Shown: positions 48,773-61,804 of the stretch, piece by piece
Numbering within the stretch: the first letter of the stretch is position 1
Layout of the letters: the number at the start of each line of letters is the position of its first letter
Source of the DNA: Takakia lepidozioides
Lineage: Eukaryota; Plantae; Bryophyta
Length of the DNA: 64,000 bases
Direction of reading: 5' to 3'
NCBI GenBank assembly: GCA_030704615.1
Contig: CM060734.1
Coordinates: forward strand, 2,852,001-2,916,000
Made by a program: the position numbers and the translations under genes
Notes under the pieces: generated by a model
The model's input: the letters and a program-made list of their open reading frames with translations, nothing else
Told to the model about the DNA's origin: nothing
The model's database searches: none

Positions 48773-50343
48773 GTACGAAGACCAGTCTGGTTCATAAACA
48801 GTGCGATTTATGTCGAAATTGATGGCAAAGTAAGGGATCTAATTTATCCTACTCCTGTACTCCTTAAATTTGAAGGTGCTGTTTCAATGTCAATGGTGGA
48901 TGTTAGGCATATTTGTACTCACTTGTTCAGTTTCTACACAACAAATGCGACAAATTTGGAAGGGGCTCAATTTTTGTGTGACCTGGTCTGTCTGTAGGTG
49001 ATAGGCGAATGCCACAGGAGATGGCATCTCTGGCGACGCCTGTATGACCTTTACTTGGGGTATCATCCTCATTCTTTTTCCAAATGTGCTGCCTCTTGTC
49101 ACTTTGGAATTTTTCCCAATTTCTAGGTGAAAAGTGGCACAGCCATTGGACGACTTTATGTTGATGTCCATTGGTAAGGTAATGAATGATAGGCTTACCT
49201 TTAACATTTGAGATGGAAAATCAAATCCGATCGCATTTTGTGTCTTAGCTGGAGGGCCAAAGGGTTTGGCAGCAGTGCTTTTCTGCCCAAACCGTTACAC
49301 ACCTAGACCCCTCTGTAAAAGATGCTTTATAGCTGAAATATGCTGTGCTCTCTTGGAAGTTTTTGACAATGCAGCAAGCATACTCATGCCTAGTTAAGTT
49401 AGCTTGAATCTTGAATAGTTGGGTTGAAGATCCATTGTAATTTGCATTACTGTTATGATGCTGGTTGGCAGCAATAAGCAGTTTGCAGCAGTTGAAAATC
49501 CAGGGCTCTGGCACTGGACTTTTACCCTCAATGATCAGGACCAAGGAACGCCGGCAGAAATTGACCATAATTGGCGAGGTTTTGGCTATGAGGTAACTTT
49601 GGCAGATATTCCTCACTGTCCTTTCACCTCACTCCGAACTTACACTTTGCAGTCTGTTACTGTACATGTATTGCAGGATTCTCAGCAATCATATAAGGAA
49701 AGTCAAGCATTGTGGAACTAGCAAGCTTCTCTCCTGTCCACTCTTATAGATCTCTAGTTGAGTGACGGCAAGTGGGTTCAAATGACAACCATGGTGCTGC
49801 TCCAGGAAAATGACTGGTTATGGGTATGGAAATTGGGGTACAGTTTTTGACAGATGCTGGACATTATGCAAGTCGATTTGGGGATGTATTGCCTGCAAGA
49901 AGCAGTCACTATTCAGCCCCTGTGTTTGCAGAGGGGGCAACGCCCAACCGCAAGCCCCTGCTGTCCACAACTCAAGGGCACTCGGGCATGCAAGAGATGC
50001 AGCAGTTGCAGATGGCTGCTCAAGTGGTGTTTTCAAAATTGCCTTGCCACCATACTGAGCCCTGCTTGCAAGTACTCAGACAAATTTCTAATCTGCATGG
50101 ATGAACAGTGCTGGATTTTCCTGTCACTAGAGTTTGAAAACTATTTTTACCTCATTTGGTTTTGAATGGGCCAGTCATGCACCCATTCTGTTTGGCAGTT
50201 GGTTTGACATATTGTGGTTTAACTGGTGGCCAGGCAGAAGAGTTGCAAGTGACTCGACCTTTGACATTGACAGAGAGAGCTGTTGTCTTAGCCTTGGCTG
50301 TGTCACTTGACAATGACTATTTCTCTAGACATAGCCACCCGGG
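48773..50343 (+). pseudogene. Phospholipid scramblase (AIM25-like) 3' exons; 5' exons absent
   Basis: Phase-compatible exons 48773-48829, 48998-49059, 49472-49592, 49844-50023 and 50234-50343: VRRPVWFINS..HRRWHLWRRLYDLYLGNKQFAAVENPGLWHWTF..WRGFGYEFLTDAG..LTLTERAVVLALAVSLDNDYFSRH. Confidence 0.88.
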
Positions 50344-50374
50344 GTAAGTTCCCCTTTTCCTCTCTCTCTCTCGT

Positions 50375-50463
50375 CTGTAGTTTTGTCTCTTCTTTCTTCC
50401 CTTTTGTCCCCTAAGCTCTTTGAGCTTTCCACCTACGATATAAAGTACCATTTCATTTCATTT
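50375..50463 (+). mobile_element. LINE family B extreme 3' fragment followed by (TC)n
   Basis: TTTTGTCCC..AAGCTC..GAGCTTTCC..TATAAAGTACCATTTCATTTCATTT. Confidence 0.8.
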
Positions 50464-50493
50464 CTCTCTCTCTCTCTCTCTCTTTCTCCCTGT

Positions 50494-53400
50494 CCTCTAG
50501 GAAGCCTATTGACATTGGGTGGACTTGAAACGGGAGTACATTAATGTCTCTGTGACTAAATGCCCGCCTTGTGACCTAGTGTCCTTGTTTGTTTCAACCT
50601 GAAGCGCTTTGCTTCGGGTAAGGTAGTGCATTGGATTTAGTTGGAAAGCTTGGGGCCTTTCCCTCTTTAGAATATGCCTACAGGGGCCATTCCCTGCAAC
50701 TCCCTGGAGTGTGATCTCTGAATGGTAACAAGCGGACTCCTACCGCTTGGGGGCAGCCCCTCCGCCCAAATTGGGCAGTCGTATGCTCTGTCTAGCATAC
50801 TCGGCACTTGGGCTCGGGTTGGTTCCTGTGCTTAAACTTATGGCCTGTGAAAACAATCAAATATTTAGCTCCTATCAACATCAACACTCCTCAGGGTGAT
50901 CCCTGGGAATTGGTTACTTATGCCAAATCTAGGGCTTCATGTGTAGTTTTTGGGGTGAATCCCAGGATGGACGATGTGTCCTTTAAAACTACATGCTCTA
51001 GCTTAGGCTTGGATTTCATGGCTAATGGTACCATCTCGAGACTTGATAACAGGGGTACGTTGAAGGTTGCAATGACCAAAAGTGCTTCTAATAGAGTCCC
51101 GCATCAATTCAATCTCAAAGAAGTTCGTCCCTTGACTGGCTGGAGAGCGGTCTTAGACATTGGTGATTCAATGGGGCGCTCTAGGAAGACAACCAAGGGC
51201 AACAACTTCAACTTGAGAGTTTCTAATCGGTTTGATGCTCTGGATGAGGTTGAATCCAAACAGCCAGAAGGACAAGATGCCCCTAAGTGTACGGAACCTG
51301 AACGTCCTGAATCTGAAGGATTTGGTACTCTGAATGGTTTACCAATCCTCAAGGTTTACACAAGACGAACAAATTCTATACACGGGGTAATTGTCCCCAA
51401 GCCGTCAGATGGACAATCTGTCCCTAAGTGTGCAGAGCCTGAACGTCGTGTAACTGAAGGATTTGGTACTCTAAATGGTTTACCAATCCTCAAAGTCTAC
51501 ACAAGACGAGCAAAATCTATACACGGGGTAATTGTCCCCAAGCAGTCTGACGGACAATCTGCCCCTATGTGTGCGGAGCCTGTGCGTCGTGTAACTGAAA
51601 GATTTGGTACCCTGAATGGTTTACCAATTCTCAAAGTTTACACAAGACGAGCAAAATCTACACATGGGGTAACTGTCCCCCCTTTGCAGAACGGTTGGCC
51701 GTCCAGGAGCAATCACAAGCTACCTAGACGACAAACAATTCACACGCAAAGGGCTGGCTTGCGGCTGGCCACTTTCAACTTCTCAGGGTTGACCAACCAA
51801 AGGAAACAACTTGAAGTGGGACAAGCTCTTCGGGTTAATGATATTCATATCTGTGCTGGGCAAGAAACATGGGAAACATCGGATAAACTGGTTGGAGATG
51901 TCATTGGTTATAAATGGGCAGGTAAGATGTGTACTCTCAAGGCAGCCTCTGCCAAACGCGGTCAAAAAGGGGTCGGATTCTTTGTCCGTGATTTCTTGTT
52001 TCACAATTGTGAAATTATCAACAAGGGTTTGAGGTACGAGCATAGTATCTGGCTAAAACTGAATTTGAAGGGCGGCATGAGTACAAAGGACCTCTTTGTT
52101 GGTTGTGTTTACATGCCCACAGAGGGGACCCTTAGTGCTGACGCAGACAAGGCCTTCGAAGATGTAAAGCTGGACTGTGCTTTGTTCCTTGCCAAAGGTC
52201 AGGTGGTACTATTGGGGGACTTCAATGCCCGGGTGGGCAAAGGGATCCATCAGGACGATATCATTGGACCTTTTGGTGAGGACGAGCTGAATTCTAATGG
52301 CAGACGGTTAATTAACTGTCTAGAAGAGCTTCAGCTTTTGACCTTGAATAACAGGACAAGAGGTGACCAAGTGCAGTGGACTCGTGAGAAACCCCAAACT
52401 GGGGAACGTTCCCTTGTGGACTATATCATAATGGACAAAATTTTGTTCCCCCAGTGTGCCAATGTGTTGATCGACAGAACTGATATTGGTACCTCTGACC
52501 ACTTCCTGGTTTGGACTGAGATCAAAAGGTGTTTTCCCACCACCAAGAGATCTGTGAAACGTTCGATTCGGAAGTGGCGCATAGAAAAATTCCACAATGA
52601 GGAGGTCAAGGCTGAGTACGTCCAGGCCTTGCAAGAGGCTCTCCCTCATTTTGTCCAATCGCTCCAAGAACTTCAGTCACGCTCTGTTAACGCAAGAAAT
52701 GAAGTCGAAAGAGCAGTGGACTCTTGGGAGAGTTTCGTTTCCTCCGTGGCTGACAAGATCATTGGGAGGAAACTAATTGTCTGCGGTAGAGCAGTTAATT
52801 GGTGGACTAATGAGATTAAACTCAAGATAGCTGAGAGACGAGCCCTCTATAAAGAGTGCTGCAATTTGGAAACCAACTGAGAATTGTGGGCGAGGTACTA
52901 CCAGCTCCGTAAAGATATCAATCAGCTTGTTAGGTCTCAGAAGAAATTATACTGGGACAAGTTATACAGTGAAATAAACTCAAACCACCATGGTGGTAAT
53001 GACAAGAAATTCTGGTTGGCCCTTCAACGTTTGTACAAACCGAAAAACGGTCAGCAAGTACAAGCGCTGAAGACTACTAAAGGTGCAGTGGTGACTTCAT
53101 CGGTTGACATTGTCAAAACCTTTGAAACTCACTACAGTATCCTTGGCAGAACTTCTAGGTCTAACAGTGAGGGGTCTTCTGCTGAATGGAGGGACACAGT
53201 TGGAAAAACTGTTCCTATGATTCAAAACAGCCCTGATGAACTGGAGTATATTTCAATGGCTTATAATGCTCCCATTAGTTCTTCTGAGATTGTGGAAGCA
53301 ATTGAACATTTAAATGGATATAAAGCTGGTGGACCTGATGGTATTGTCAACGAGCTTATCAAGCACGGTGGCGATCCCATGATAGAGGCCCTAGTTCTCC

Positions 53401-55210
53401 TCTTTAACCTTATCTGGAAGACTGAAATGATCCCCTTTCGCTGGCGACAGGGGGTCATTGTCAATCTATACAAGAAGGGTGACAGAGAAGAACCGGGGAA
53501 CTACCGTGGCATCACGCTCCTCAATGCTGTTGGCAAGACATTCTGCAGAGTTATAAGTACTCGTCTCGAGGTTGATCTGGAGTCTAGAGGTTGTTTCCAC
53601 GAAGGCCAAGCTGGCTTTCAGCGAAACAGGGGCTGTGTGGATCATATCTTCACTCTAAGCCAGATTATCCAGGGAAGGAAAAAAGAAGGGAAACCCACTT
53701 ATGTCTTTTTCCTGGATGTCAAAAAGGCTTATGACACAGTGTGGAGAGATGGCCTATGGTTCCGCCTCTGGTCTTGTGGGATCAAGGGAAAGATGTGGAG
53801 AGTTGTCCACAACTTGTATGCTCACACCAAAAGCTGTGTCACTGTTAACCAGCCCTTATGTTTGCGGATGACTTCGCAGGCATAGGGGAGACTCCAACCA
53901 ATCTCCAGGAGTTGATTGATTGCGCGAAGAGATACTTTGATCTTTGGGGGCTAGAGGCTAATGTCAGCAAATGTGCAATAGTAGCATTCAACGACAGAGG
54001 AGAGGGAGGAAGTGATCTTAAGTGGCAGTGGGGTAGCCAAGAGATCCCGGTCCTCCCTTCCTACACTTACCTGGGCGTTGAGTTCTCCTCCAATTGTAAT
54101 TGGGATGCACATATCCGGAAAGTTGTTCAAACTGGCAAGGGCAAAGCTCTGGGGCTCACTAAATTTTTCCACTGCAGAGGGGTCAACTCTGAGGTTAAGA
54201 AAACCATGTTTTGTCGCGTTATTAGACCTGCCTTGGAGTACGCATCTGCTATATGGGTTGATAACTCCAACCAGGCTAAGTCTCTAGAATCCATTCAAGT
54301 GGGGGTGCTTAAGGAGTGTATGTCAGCATGCTCCAAAACAGCCAATGTGGCTGTTCGGGGTGAGTTTGGCATTCCATCCTTAAGCTCCCGACGAGATGAA
54401 TTCAAGGTCAGATGGTGGGGTCAGCTGCAACATATGCCCAACACCAGATATCCTAAATTAATCGACTCTATATCTTGGAAACAGGACCGCCCTGTCAAAC
54501 AGGCTAAGTCCTGGCAGAAGAGAGTAGAAGAGATCCTCAAGGACCTGGACCTGGATCCGCAAGTCTTGACCCTGCTGGATAAATCTGACTTAGAGGCTGT
54601 AGTGTCCTCAGCCATGTCTGTTGCCATGAGATTGTCTGATGAAAATGAAGTTAGGCAGAAAACTTCCCTGAACTTGTTTCCAGTCTGTGACATGGGGGAG
54701 GACATCTTGGATGACCTCAAGGGTCTACCCACTCTCGGCACTAGACTGAAATTTAAACTCAGGGCAGGAAGCCTACCTTTGAACAGCAAACAGAAGCAGA
54801 GAGGAAAGGGAGAGTGCAATTGCCCGTTGTGTGGGCAATCTGAAGACAGTATTCATTTTCTGATACACTGTCCGGGGTTCTCTCACCAAAGAGACGCTCT
54901 CTTCAAATCTATTAAGGGAATTGTGCCTGTACCCCTGTTTACCAACTTTGAAAGTCTCGAGGCTGAGCCAAAAGCCCAGGCCCTCCTGAGGCCTAGTTTT
55001 TGGGCAAATCACACACAGCAGATTGATGCTTGTGTGAAGTGATTTCTAGAGGATATCTGGAAAACCCGGATTAATTCTTTATATGGAGGTAAGTCTTACT
55101 ACCAACATCAGCCCCTGACAGAGGTAGGTTCTGTTCCTTTTGTTCCCGCTCAAACTGGGCGCGGGGTCAATGGCCACAAGGCTACGGCAAACAACGTCTT
55201 ATGAGTACAA
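50494..55210 (+). mobile_element. Full-length LINE family A (RTE/RTEX-like; single ORF with N-terminal extension, APE, RT, CCHC)
   Basis: ORFs 50808-52880, 52884-53885 and 53858-55042 form one ancestral frame ending TANNVL* at about 55203. It is broken by stops where sister copies read Arg and Gly, and by an RT deletion of about 150 bp at about 53850. APE: TFNFSGL, GQETW, GDFNAR, VDYI, SDH. Zn motif [17 protein letters not shown]. Flanked by (TC)n. Clade assignment is inference. Confidence 0.95.
51280..51690 (+). repeat. 3 x 141-bp (47-aa) coding tandem repeat in the LINE A N-terminus
   Basis: TTTGGTAC recurs at 51321, 51462 and 51603; unit [47 protein letters not shown]. Confidence 0.95.
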
Positions 55211-55224
55211 TCTCTCTCTCTCTT

Positions 55225-55957
55225 CTGGGTCCGCAAGTCTTGACCCTGCTGGATAAACCTGACTTAGAGGCTGTAGTGTCCAAAGCCATGTCTGTTGCCA
55301 TGAAATTGTCTGATGAAAATGAAGTTAGGCAGAAAACTTCCCTGAACTTGTTTCCAGTCTGTGACATGGGGGAGGACATCATGGATGACCTCAAGGGTCT
55401 ACCCACTCTCGGCACTAGACTGAAATCTAAACTCAAGGCAGGAAGCCTACCTTTGAACAGCAAACAGAAGCAGAGAGGAAAGGGAGAGTGCAGTTGCCCG
55501 TTATGTGGGCAACCTGAAGACAATATTCATTGCCTGATTCATTGTCCGGGGTTCTCTCACCAGAGAGACTGTCTCCTCAAATCTATCGAGGGAATTGTGC
55601 CTATACCACTGTTTATCAACTTTGAAAGTCTCGAGGCTGAGCCAAAAGCCCAGGCCCTTCTTGGGCCTAGTTACTGGGCAAATCACACACAGCAGATTGA
55701 TGCTTGTGTGAAGGGATTTCTAGAGGATATCTGGAAAACCCGGATCAATGTGTTATATAAAGGTAAGTCTTACTACCAACGTCAGCCCCTGACAGAGGTA
55801 GGTTCTGTCCCTTTCTGTTCCGCTCAAACTGGGCGCGAGGTCAATGGCCACAAGGCCACGGCAAACAACGTCTTATGAGTACATTCTCTCTCTCTCATCT
55901 CTCTCTCTCTCTCTGGCGTCAGACCCTGACAAAGGTAGTTTCTGTCACTTTGTGTTC
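55225..55957 (+). mobile_element. LINE family A 3' fragments stacked behind the full-length copy
   Basis: 55225-55884 repeats 54550-55210, then (TC)n, then a further short fragment 55916-55957. Confidence 0.9.
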
Positions 55958-56221
55958 TCCCTCCCATTGAGTATTCAGGCATTCAGGCCTGCTTCTCCCA
56001 TTGTACTGACATTGCTTCCTCGGCTTCCTCGGTGATGACTGGTGTGGGTATGGGCTTGGGAGCTGGTGCAGAGTGATGTCACCCCTGTGATGGAATCCTT
56101 TCATTGTAATAGATGTGGAGCCGTTGACTTCATCAGTCGGTCGTTGAAGATACCTTACAGTGGCAAGATCATTTGGAACAAGACTTTAATTATTCTCAAA
56201 CTTTAGAGAGTACTCTCCCCC

Positions 56222-56825
56222 ATGAGGATGTGGAAAGACCATATGATTCCACATTTGCTTTGGTCCATTGGATACGCCACTGCAGGAACAGAATGGGCTT
56301 GTCTGAGCGAGACATCACCAATTTGTTTTGAAATGTTGAAGTCCTTCAAGTTAGAGGATGTCACGGTGAGGTCGGCTACAGATTGCAACAATGATGAGGA
56401 TAGGATTCATCGCAGAGAGGATGGCTGGTTGGGAATATAAAGTGATAGAAAAGATAGGAGATCCTTATCCACTCCATCTTTACTACAAAGACCATCTAGT
56501 AGCTGTTTCCACACTTTTTTCAGCCCCTGCCAATAGTGAGGATTTTGACCTAGGTCCACCATCGTCGGTTCCATCATCTAGTACAAGACAACCTTCATAC
56601 TTTGTCCCAAGCACTCGCGATTGGTGGCAATTTATGCAAGGCTACATTGGTTGTCTAGGTGGGGTCATAGCCCCCCTTATATTCTACAGTGATCAGACAT
56701 CACTTTCAAACAATGGAAGGGTCAGTGGCTATCCCTTGGTTTTATCTTTGGGAAACATTGCTTGCGAATTGCGTCCTCAAGAAGAGGGACACATACTTCT
56801 TGCAGTGATGCCTGTCGTACCAGCA
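56222..56825 (+). mobile_element. Plavaka-type transposase fragment
   Basis: LYYKD..LFS.P..STRDWWQFMQ..IAPLIFYSDQTSLSNNGRVSGYPLVLSLGNI..R..GHILLAVMP fits the Plavaka WW..Q / P.I..SD.T / YP....GNI signature. Confidence 0.8.
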
Positions 56826-56899
56826 AGGGAACCCTTGATCACGGTCTCCGCTTCAGAGAGAGCTCGAGTTTGGGGTTGTATAACCTAACTCAGTCTCAG

Positions 56900-57650
56900 A
56901 AAGATCGTGAGGATCTGAATTTCAGCGATGTTGACTATGCAGGATGTATTGATTCACGCCACTCTGTAACCAGGTATACATTCATTTTGGCCAATGGATC
57001 CATTAGTTGGAACAGTAAGAAACAACCAACTATTGCATTATCAACAACTGAGGCTGAGTATATGGCTGCAACACAAGCAGCAAAAGAGGCAATTTGGCTT
57101 CGAAAGTTATTGAAGGAGATTGGCTATCCACACGAAGGTCCAACAACTCTTCAAGAAGACAATGAGAGTTATATTTCACTTGTGAAAAATCTAACTTATC
57201 ATGCGCGTACAAAGCATATAAATGTGATGCATCATTTTGTTCGTGATAAGGTTGAGGATGGCGAAATCAAATTAATATTTTGCAGTAGTGAAAATATGGT
57301 AGCCGATGTGCTCACCAAGGGACTTCCTCGTGATTAGCACGATCGCTTCAAAACTATGATGGGAATAGTTAAGGTTGAGATTGCTTGATTATCTCGCTGA
57401 GAGGGAGTGTTGGAATAACAGCTCCATATTCAACGAATCTACAACTTGACTAACAAACAAAAGATAGACACTGGTTGCTCAAAAATTATAGAAGTCAGTC
57501 AAAATAGTATATAAACGAGCCTTTCAGTGACAATATTTGGATAAGTTTCAGTGTTCCAAATCGAGACAGAAATCTTGTCTGACCACCTGCCTTGTAAGAT
57601 TTAGGATTCAGAAGTTCAGTTTTTTCGTCACTCTCAAATTTGGGCGAGGA
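56900..57650 (+). mobile_element. Copia RNaseH, PPT and 3' LTR remnant (third family)
   Basis: FSDVDYAG..ISWNSKKQPTIALSTTEAEY..HARTKHI..VADVLTKGL; GAGAGGGAG then TGTTGG at 57408. Confidence 0.88.
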
Positions 57651-58749
57651 GGAGCCTAGCTAACGCAAGAAGGGTGGTGATGGATCAAAGAGGAAGTGGG
57701 GAGGACTAGGGGGAGCAGTAGGAGGATCTGATGAGGAGGGATCAGTACTGCAAGGGCATAAATTGTTGGATTCAAAATCGGACGTGATGATGGAGGAGGC
57801 GCATGTAAATTGCCATGGGTATTGCTTAGACCTCTTCTTGAGAGATCTTCCACCACAGGACAGATGGGCAGCAGAGGAGTTACACTAAGTGGAAGAACAT
57901 CACCAATCGCTGGAGGCACATGGAGTAGGGTCAAGACTAAACCTGTGAACATGGAGTAGAAAAAAAGGTTGAGGTAAGATATGTTGAGGCAATTCGGGAC
58001 ACAAATCTGGCTAGAACAGAATGCGTGGACTGGCCGGGAATTGATGTGAATTATTGGATCGCTCAAGGGGTTGAGGAAGTTGCACTACTAACGGAAAGGA
58101 TTGACATGAGAAGAACAAATGGACGCAAAAAGAAAAGCCCCGAGAGGGTTAACAAGTTTGTTGGATTGGATGATTATGGAGGAGCTGCATCTGTGGATAC
58201 TGATAGGAACACTATTTTAACTAATTCTGGACTTTTGTTTGGTCCAGAAATAATATGAGAAATATGAATAAACAAAATTTATTATTGAAATAAAGCGATA
58301 TATATGATTATTTTGGTTATTTTATATACAATATAATTCTCCAAACATTTTTTGGAGACAATATAAGTATGTATTGTGGTTTTAGAAGAATTTCCACTGC
58401 AAAGTTGACGTTCACGAAAAAAATGGGAGGATGCAATAAATTACACCATGATGTGAGGTCAGATATGTAAAACGTTTTGCAAAAAATGGTTGTCATATCA
58501 GATGACATACAAAACCAAACATAGAACAATCATGGCATGTGATGAAGAGGATGATATGAAAGAATGTGTCCGCATACATTGATGATAAACATTCATATTT
58601 TATTAGAGATTGCAACTTTGGCGTTGCAGCCAGACATAATGTAACGTCAACTGTACATCCGTTGGACTTAATGTTATCCAGCGGCTCGAAGCCATACAAC
58701 GGCTTACACTAACCCATTAATATTACAGAGCCTCCTCCCAAACGGCTCG

Positions 58750-61173
58750 CAATCAAGGCATGTGTTTGAAGACGCCTCCGGTTACCACAACCACTTGCAA
58801 CGGTCTCCGCACCAGATGAAACGGAAATACTTTCGGAGAACTCAAACCTAGTAGTAACATTATCATCCGAAATGTTACTTGGAACTCTACTTGTTGAATC
58901 TCTTGATGCCCTTGAAGCCCGCCGGGAAGCCCGTCATTCTTGCCAATCACGAAGCTCTTCTTCTTCTTTTCGAATTCGCTCCTTGAATGTGACTGGGCAA
59001 AACAATTTTTCATGTGACAAATGTCAGCTGAAATGTGGAACATTTGTTAAAAAAATGATAAAGTAAAAGTGCAAGTGGAAGACACTTTCAAGATCAAATT
59101 CTCCATAAACAACAAACAGTGGGATAAATACATACCAAGGTAATCAGGTTCCTTTTGTTGTGGGATCCAAACACGAGGATCAACATATCTTCCATATCAA
59201 GCCCAATAGGCATGATCACGACCAATAGGCTTACAAGAACACTTGGCAGGGTTCTCGCTGATGTAATCTACGACTGTTGAAGCTGCAGCCATTTTCAATA
59301 TATATGGCCACACAGTTTTTGTCATATCATCCTGGTCAACCAATCCCTTTGGTGATGGCTTATATGAAATAGGGAAGAATCCAATATTTGGTGGGTTTCG
59401 GAGGCCCTTTGATGGCTCAGCATCAACAAGGAGTATTTGTCCTTGAGTTGCAAAGGGTGTACCAGGGTACTTGGCAAAAACATTGCGAATATCCTTAACG
59501 AGATATTTCATCTCAGGCATGATGTAACCGGTAGTGTCTTTGCAATCCTCAGCTGACCAGATGAATCAAAACTTCTTCGCAATTTTCGTAGGAACTAAGC
59601 ACTTGAGCATCCTACAAAGAACATGTCTTTCAGCACATGACCAGATCGCCACGTGAAAATGCATGAACGCAAAATTGAGAAACTCCAAGACTTTGGGCCG
59701 GGGAACCACAAAAGGTCTTTCGGGAACATAAACTATAACTTTCCTGAAACGAAATCTCTCCTTAAACAATTCACCGCCGGTTGGAGGTGGCTGGTAGCAA
59801 AGGAGACCGTTGACACTCAATATTAACAGCATCCGTTTCCTCTTCCCCGATGTGGCAAATGAAGGTTGATGGACGATACCATCCTGCGCAATTTAAATGT
59901 TCCCGCCGTCAGAAACAACACGATGTAGTGTTTCTTAGTTTCAGAGTGACCTCTGCGTTTTCGGAAACATAAGTGTCCCGACAATGGACTATTGTAAAAG
60001 ACCAAGAGTAGACCATATATCGAAGAGTTCGAGATCACGAAAAGATGAACGTCGGCTGTCAAGTGGAGGTTAGTGGACGCACCTTGTCGGGAGGCGCATT
60101 CAAGAAGTTATGCAGCTCCATACTCGCTTGTATAGAAATTACGGAGTTAGTTTGGGACAGAAAAACAAACTGCAAACGAAAGTGGAGCAATTGTTTTGAA
60201 ATGTACCATTGAAGTCTTATTGGAATGTCTTGCAGAAGAACAGTGGATTCCCGCGGGCTTGGATTGACGAGGCGCCACAACATCCGAGGGAGTCCTCAAG
60301 TGTTTGGAGTCCGCTCTTTTTTCCTTGTCAGTCTTTTGTCCTTTGGAATGATTCCCTACAGAGAAAGAAAATGGCTCGGGGGCTCTTTTTCGCCTCTTTG
60401 GTGCAGAACATTGTGCGAGCACTTCAGGGTCACGCTGTGTCGATGTTGGAGATGTTTTGCCATTGAACGACGGGAGAAGTGGAATGGCAACAACAGGCAA
60501 GCACAGAAAATTGTCCCTTGAGCACTCGACATCCTGGATGGAATGAAAACGCAACGAAGGAATAATTTACCGCGGAACTGCATTCCAATGCAGACGTCGT
60601 TTGACAGGAAGGTCATAACCTGCAGATTTTTTTACCTGGAGCGACAGATGAATATCAAACCCCAAACTAAGTGAAACTAGGAGAATGAGCAAGGAGCGAG
60701 AAATGAGTTTAAGTCACCTGACTCCTACGGATTTGGGCTGTCCAACCCTCGTGCTGGGGAGATATGCAAGGAAGAGACGGAAGCAGGTGCAACGGAGCCA
60801 TAGCCGAGTCCCCGACGGTTGCCCTGCGGGTTGGATAGACCAGACCCTGCGTACTAAACAGGGAGGGTGAGGAATGCTGGGAAAGGTCGATAAAGTCTCT
60901 GGGATATTTGTGTTCTTCACCTGCACCTTGGACTTTACCCCCAGGAGGACCCGAGAGGAGAAGAGTGTCGCCCGCTTCCCGAGAGGACAAAGGTCTGACA
61001 GAGGATCCATCCTCAATTTGAGCACCATCGTGAACCCTCGGAAAGCCTTCAATACTCCGACTCACAGCTGAGGAGGGTTCCATTAGGAGACTTGAGGAAC
61101 CGATGACGTTGTCAGCATCTCCTTGAACCTGCCAAAGAGACATAATCATAAATCCGGGAATGCAAGAATGCAA
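58750..61173 (-). pseudogene. Multi-exon gene with an FCP1/NIF-type (HAD) domain lacking the catalytic Asp
   Basis: 59835-59197: LLILSVNGLL..RPKVLEFLNFAFMHFHVAIWSCA..F*FIWSAEDC..KDIRNVF..ILLVDAEPSKGLRNP..FFPISY, typical of plant NIF-like proteins; in-frame TGA stops; outer exon limits approximate. Confidence 0.75.
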
Positions 61174-61804
61174 ACCTCCACTGAACAGTGGAGGTCACTA
61201 GATTATAGTCATGTCCCCATATGAAGGCTTGTATCAGAGTCTTGGGATTGCCCGGAATGTGCGTCAAGAATTCAACTGAAAATGAGTCAAAATGAGAGTA
61301 CCATATCTTTCACGTGTGTGATTACAATGAAATAAAAAAGAGAAACCATGAAGATATTCAATAGCTCGAGTGAGATAGGATTGATCAAAAATAATTTATT
61401 TTGAAGCATCATATCTGAGACTCTTAAAACCGTTGTCCTCAATAAAATCCCAGAGTGGGCTAAACTTGGGATCGTTTGAAACAATGGGAAAAATACTCAA
61501 CCCTATCCTTTTTTTCCTAAGATAGCTTGAAACAGTGGGATGTTTCATCATTCTAAGCAAATAGGTCTGAAGAACCTTGAGAAGATAGCAAACATCAGCC
61601 TAGTTATCATTCCTGACATGACGTGGCGCTGACAAGTCGGCCGTCATGTCCGACGTGCGTCACGTCATATCGAATCCGGAGGTTTATCCACGTAATTTTT
61701 TTTACATTTGACTTTTATGATTTATTTCTACCCTTTGTAATGACATGGCAGCCACGGTGTAAAACAGACTTGGCCAATTATTAATATTTATTAATTCTTT
61801 TTAA

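Noticed and set aside
55975-56076. Possible last scramblase exon (..MTGVGMGLGAGAE*)
   Set aside because: No recognisable similarity and no clearly phase-compatible acceptor.
57655-58258. Degenerate coding-like purine-rich segment
   Set aside because: Multiple stops and no identifiable family; left unannotated.
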